A stretch of 19,391 nt of DNA from Candidatus Helarchaeota ASGARD archaeon Hel_GB_B (GTDB lineage: Archaea > Asgardarchaeota > Lokiarchaeia > Helarchaeales > HEL-GB-B). The DNA lies in NCBI GenBank assembly GCA_005191425.1, contig SUPR01000070.1, positions 1 to 19,391 on the forward strand. Reading direction: 5' to 3'. How positions within the stretch are numbered: position 1 is the first letter of the stretch; the number at the start of each line of letters is the position of its first letter. Both the position numbers and the translations under genes were made by a program. Below are positions 15,504-19,391 of the stretch, piece by piece. The notes under the pieces are model-generated. The model was not told the DNA's origin. It saw only the letters and a list, made by a program, of their open reading frames with translations, and searched no databases.

Positions 15504-16625
15504 ATGAGAATTTTTCAGATAACTCAATCATTTTACCCGGTCATGGGTGGAATTGAAACATATATCGATAATTTAAGTACAAAACTTTCTCTTAGAGGAA
15601 ATGATTTATATGTTATTACAAGGTTTTTTCCATCTAGAAGTAAGAATACTCGAAAATTGAAATATAAAGTTATTCGTTTAAAAGAAATTAAGGTTCTCGA
15701 AAAATTAAAATTCAAAAATTTTCCCCATTTTTATCGATCGGTCTATTTTTATCCGCTTACTAAAAAATTAGTATCTAAATTAAACCCAGATGTTTTACAT
15801 TTTCACTCCAGATTTTATTTTACGCAAGCTAGATTACTCAAAAAACCGACAATATTTACATCACATACACCTTATTTTTGGTACTGGAAAAAGATATTTA
15901 TACGGAAATACTTTTTAGACTCATTTGATATTATTTTATGTTTAACAAAGCGACTTTTAAATATGGTAAATAAAATTTCAAGTTCAAGAGCAGTTTATTT
16001 GCCACATGGTATTGATACAAAACGTTTTTCTCCAAATTTAGATAGGAATGTAATAAGATTAAGATACAATATAAGTAAAGATGAAAAAATAATTTTATGT
16101 CTTGGAAGGATGGTATTTTACAAAGGTTATCATATTATGATTAAATCAATGCCATATATTCTGGAGAAAAATAAAAAGGTTAAATTGATAATAGTTGGGT
16201 CTGGGCCTTTATTAAATGAACTTAAATCATTAGCAATTAAATATAATCTTCAAAATAATGTAATTTTTGCGGGAAGGGTTGAAGATGAATTTATTCCACT
16301 TTATTATGCAGGGTGTGACATATTTGTTCATCCAGCCCTAAAAGCTGAATATTCTCCCCGTGTTATTTTTGAAGCCCTCGCGTCTGGGAAGCCGATTATT
16401 TCTACTTATTCTGGTGGAGTTGTTGAAATTATTAAAAATTTTCAAAATGGCGTTTTGATTAAGCCCAATGACCCTAAAAAATTGTCTGAAACTATCCTTG
16501 ATCTCCTAAGTAATTCAAAATTATTGCAAAAACTTTCCTCTTCAGCATTACAAAGCGCTTTAAATGAATATTCCTGGGATATAATTATTAATAAATATCT
16601 TGAAATTGTAAAATCAATCTTATAA
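15504..16625 (+). CDS. Glycosyltransferase family 4 (GT-B fold)
   Basis: MRIFQITQSFYPVMGGIE, HGIDTKRF, GRMVFYKG, the E-x7-E motif EYSPRVIFE, ASGKPII and NGVLI. Confidence 0.93.
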   Translation: MRIFQITQSFYPVMGGIETYIDNLSTKLSLRGNDLYVITRFFPSRSKNTRKLKYKVIRLKEIKVLEKLKFKNFPHFYRSVYFYPLTKKLVSKLNPDVLHFHSRFYFTQARLLKKPTIFTSHTPYFWYWKKIFIRKYFLDSFDIILCLTKRLLNMVNKISSSRAVYLPHGIDTKRFSPNLDRNVIRLRYNISKDEKIILCLGRMVFYKGYHIMIKSMPYILEKNKKVKLIIVGSGPLLNELKSLAIKYNLQNNVIFAGRVEDEFIPLYYAGCDIFVHPALKAEYSPRVIFEALASGKPIISTYSGGVVEIIKNFQNGVLIKPNDPKKLSETILDLLSNSKLLQKLSSSALQSALNEYSWDIIINKYLEIVKSIL

Positions 16626-17429
16626 ATCAGGGTCTAACTTCTTTTTTCTAAATACAATAAATTTATCAAGTAAATATTTCATAAAAAAGCCTATAATTGT
16701 CCCTGCTAATACTCCTAATGCATTATATCCGCCTAAGAAGTAATAACCTAATACCCACTGAGTACCAAGGTTGACCACTGAAGATATAAACCCAAATAAA
16801 ATATATAATACATAAAACATCGTCTGTTGTGAAGATGAACCAAACTTCTTTTTAAAAACATAAATCTTATCAAGAACAAATTTTACAGTATATCCAATAG
16901 CTAGTCCAATCGCTCCTGCTATGATATAGTATTTCACCCCAATTATCATCGATATCATATATTGGACGCCCCAAAATATTATTGTAGTAAAAATTGCAAA
17001 AAATCCATACAAAATTATTTCTTTAAAATGTTCTTTAAAAAACAAAGCATATTCCTGGTCAACTATCTTTTTAATTGTTAATGCAGCCCCACCAGCTAAT
17101 ATGGGAAATAATATATCATATTTTAAGATGTATTGAACTGCAACATATACGACACAAGCTCCAGTGGCAATTAAAATATATAAAACATAAAAAAAATTAT
17201 CATTTACGAATTCATCCCATTTATTATAAAAATTAAATTTTTTATCTATAATAAATTTTATACAATATACAACGCTAAATGATAATAATGCATTAGTTAT
17301 AAAATATTGAGTTCCTATTAATAGATCTAAAACTGTTTGAATTATTATTACAATAATTATTGATAGAAATTCAATTTTATTATAGTAATTGCCTTTATTT
17401 ACTTCCGATTCTTTTGTATTATTCTTCAT
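16620..17429 (-). CDS. GtrA-family membrane protein, internally duplicated
   Basis: About 8 TM. Four repeats end in a GtrA-like motif: IKFIIDKKFNF, IKKIVDQEYALF, VKFVLDKIYVF, MKYLLDKFIVF. Confidence 0.7.
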   Translation of the reverse strand: MKNNTKESEVNKGNYYNKIEFLSIIIVIIIQTVLDLLIGTQYFITNALLSFSVVYCIKFIIDKKFNFYNKWDEFVNDNFFYVLYILIATGACVVYVAVQYILKYDILFPILAGGAALTIKKIVDQEYALFFKEHFKEIILYGFFAIFTTIIFWGVQYMISMIIGVKYYIIAGAIGLAIGYTVKFVLDKIYVFKKKFGSSSQQTMFYVLYILFGFISSVVNLGTQWVLGYYFLGGYNALGVLAGTIIGFFMKYLLDKFIVFRKKKLDPDL

Positions 17430-17640
17430 CTTACCACTTTTTATATTATTTGTTTACCATTAGATTTTATAAAAATTATAATGAATTAAACGATCAATAA
17501 ATTATAAAACCTTTTTATAATTAATTGAAATAAATATTATATTCTAAAAACAAATACAAATCTAATAATATATAATCTATTTGTATAGAACTTATCGTTA
17601 AAATCTTGTATGAAAAAAGTACAACAAAAAATGTGATGAT

Positions 17641-18459
17641 ATGTCAAAAAATGAGGTTGAAAAAGAGAAAAAAAGTAAATACTTGAATTTTTTTGATGCA
17701 TTTTTATCAAGAGATACTCTCAAATGTATATTTATTGCGATCATCTTCATTGGAATAGCTATAGGAATTTCGTTCTTACTTGGACAGTTTACTTATACTT
17801 ATTTAGAAACAAATGCATCTAATTCAGGGCATTTATATAGTATAATATTGTCTCCAATAGCGTTTTTCTTCTTTGCAAAATATTACAATAATAATAAAAA
17901 TTTGAATCAATTGCGAGCATTTTTAATATTGTACTTTATGATCTATTTTTTAATGGTAGGGATAATTCTATTCTTTTTATTTGAAAATATTTCATATTTC
18001 TTTTCTACTTTGGGAAATTCTTTGATTTTATTTTCAATATATACACTAATAATTTTTTTATTAAACCCAGGAATATTAGGTGTTGATGGTAATTTTAAGA
18101 AGCTTTTTACTCACGGAAAGCAAGTTAGAGTAATAATCATCTATTTATTTATTGTTTTTTTGGAAGTATTTGGATTTGCTACCTTAAATTATGCGATCTC
18201 ATGGTTTTCATGGTCAAAAGGTTGGACACCTGCTTATAATATCACCCCAAATCCAGGAAATTGGTTTGATTTTATCTATTTTAGCTTTATTACATTTGCG
18301 ACAATTGGGTATGGTGATATCCACCCATTAACTAATGCCGCTAAATTTTCAGCGATAAACCAAGCCGTGATCTCTCATGTAATAAGCATATTGTTCCTGG
18401 CAATACTTTTTGTTTATATTAGTAGTACAATTGGTTCTAACTCAAAAGATAATGAATAA
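17641..18459 (+). CDS. Potassium channel family protein (Ion_trans_2-type pore) with extra N-terminal TM helices
   Basis: Pore helix and filter WFDFIYFSFITFATIGYGDIHP followed by an inner helix. About four additional hydrophobic helices N-terminally. Confidence 0.85.
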   Translation: MSKNEVEKEKKSKYLNFFDAFLSRDTLKCIFIAIIFIGIAIGISFLLGQFTYTYLETNASNSGHLYSIILSPIAFFFFAKYYNNNKNLNQLRAFLILYFMIYFLMVGIILFFLFENISYFFSTLGNSLILFSIYTLIIFLLNPGILGVDGNFKKLFTHGKQVRVIIIYLFIVFLEVFGFATLNYAISWFSWSKGWTPAYNITPNPGNWFDFIYFSFITFATIGYGDIHPLTNAAKFSAINQAVISHVISILFLAILFVYISSTIGSNSKDNE

Positions 18460-18494
18460 ATGGAATGTAAAAATAGGATTTGCCAAAAAAATCT

Positions 18495-18869
18495 TTAATT
18501 TTTTCTCCATACAATATTACTATTTTTAAAAACTTTATATTTAAAAAACAATAATTTGTTAGAGATTAATAAGTCTGGATTAAATATGTGTTAGTATCTG
18601 TCTTGCTCTTTATAATAGCAGCTATTCTTGAAATCTCAATATTTACTGGAATAATTTCATAATTTGATAAAATTTTGTTTAAAAATTCTTCTGCTTCATA
18701 ATTTTCTTTATTCTTAAGAAAAACAACATACTTCCGCAATTATAATAGTTGAAACTATTCCTTTAATTTTATTATCATCAATTGCATCTAAAACTACTCC
18801 ACAAAAATGTGAATCTTCCTCTTTATTTTTTACAGAAATAAAAATATTAGTATCTAAATTTACCTTCAT
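18495..18869 (-). pseudogene. vapC: Frameshifted PIN-domain toxin (vapC), absent from the ORF track
   Basis: The ATG at 18869 overlaps the antitoxin stop and reads MKVNLDTNIFISVKNKEED...VSTIIIAEVCCFS* (stop at 18716-18714). PIN-like sequence continues in a second frame (VVFLKNKENYEAEEFLNKILSNYEIIPVNIEISRIAAIIKSK). A possible Asp-motif remnant (NPDLLIS) lies in the third frame, which ends at 18495. Confidence 0.8.
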
Positions 18870-19087
18870 TACCATTCATCGCGTATTTTATTCTGAAAAT
18901 CTATGCTATACTCAATTGGTTTACTTTCTAATAAAATATCCTTTAATTTTTCTTCAATTTTTTCTAACATAATTTTATCTTTATAAATCTTAAAAATAAT
19001 TATATCTCCTTTTTTAATATTATATTTATCTCTAATTTCTTTCGGAATCACTATTTGACCTTTCTTACCAACTTTTCCAACTTTCAT
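18869..19087 (-). CDS. AbrB/MazE/SpoVT-family antitoxin (VapB)
   Basis: KVGKKGQIVIPKEIRDKYNIKKGDIIIF is the AbrB swapped-hairpin signature. It lies upstream of the PIN pseudogene. Confidence 0.92.
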   Translation of the reverse strand: MKVGKVGKKGQIVIPKEIRDKYNIKKGDIIIFKIYKDKIMLEKIEEKLKDILLESKPIEYSIDFQNKIRDEW

Positions 19088-19114
19088 ACTACTTTCATAC
19101 TAATTAGTATAAAA
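19080..19114. promoter_or_regulatory. Operator-like repeats at the antitoxin promoter
   Basis: Tandem 11-mer ACTTTCATACT x2 (19080-19101). Perfect 14-bp palindrome ATACTAATTAGTAT (19097-19110), extendable to 19093-19114 with one mismatch, overlapping a minus-strand TTTTATA at 19114-19108. Confidence 0.6.
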
Positions 19115-19159
19115 TTCAAATTAATAAAATTAGAGTTTTTTTAATTTCCGTTGCTTTCA

Positions 19160-19391
19160 TTATTTGGAATTTTTTATATAAATAGTTTCCGACTTTAGTT
19201 TCACACCACTTTTTAATGACCTCCAGAATAGATTTTCAGACCTCCTTGCAATAATCGGACATATTTTCATCCCGTCCACTACATCTTCGACCAGATCAGG
19301 AAACTGGCGAATTGTAAAATGAAAATATAAAACTAAATTCCAAGCAGATACAGACCTTTTACCACGAAAATTGACCATTTTTTTGAGAATG
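19160..19391 (-). CDS. 3' end of an unidentified gene cut by the window edge (weakly transposase-like)
   Basis: The frame is open to the edge (ILKKMVNFRGKRSVSAWNLVLYFHFTIRQFP...). About 40% GC by hand count over 19201-19320, versus about 22% in a sampled line of the neighbouring gene. Confidence 0.45.
   Translation of the reverse strand, partial: ILKKMVNFRGKRSVSAWNLVLYFHFTIRQFPDLVEDVVDGMKICPIIARRSENLFWRSLKSGVKLKSETIYIKNSK

Noticed and set aside
15121-15715. ORFs 15121-15345 and 15533-15715 (minus strand)
   Set aside because: Low-complexity AT-rich or antisense ORFs overlapping real genes.
1-19391. CRISPR array, tRNA, rRNA, integrase or complete IS
   Set aside because: No regularly spaced repeats, cloverleafs, rRNA-like GC-rich segments or recombinase motifs were found.

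Overview
Very AT-rich prokaryotic window, most likely from an Asgard archaeon (Loki/Hel-like). That assignment is inferred from archaeal BRE/TATA promoters, GAGGT/GGAGG-type ribosome-binding sites and two eukaryotic-signature ubiquitin-system genes. In order, the window holds: a 5'-truncated enoyl-CoA hydratase; an antitoxin + PIN (VapC) pair; a ferrous-iron uptake locus (feoA, feoB in two ORFs, a 4-TM protein, a DtxR-FeoA fusion with an acidic HTH, and a divergent DtxR whose TATA box overlaps a TTAGG-N4-CCTAA palindrome); an isovaleryl-CoA-dehydrogenase-type ACAD; an orphan glycyl-radical-enzyme activase; a gamma-CA / SAF / UxaA-like (SuyAB architecture) operon; an ECF S component; two adjacent RING genes; a GT4 glycosyltransferase; a doubled GtrA; a K+ channel; an AbrB antitoxin with a frameshifted vapC missed by the ORF track; and an ORF cut by the window edge. 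The standout is the pair at 12852-15160. One protein has three tandem catalytically dead UBC-fold (UEV/RWD) repeats plus a C4HC3 RING, which is the domain layout of eukaryotic FANCL. The other has a PCI-like winged helix, a zinc ribbon and two tandem variant RINGs. No rRNA, tRNA or CRISPR array was seen. All domain calls are motif recognition by eye; no searches were run, so novelty is unverified.
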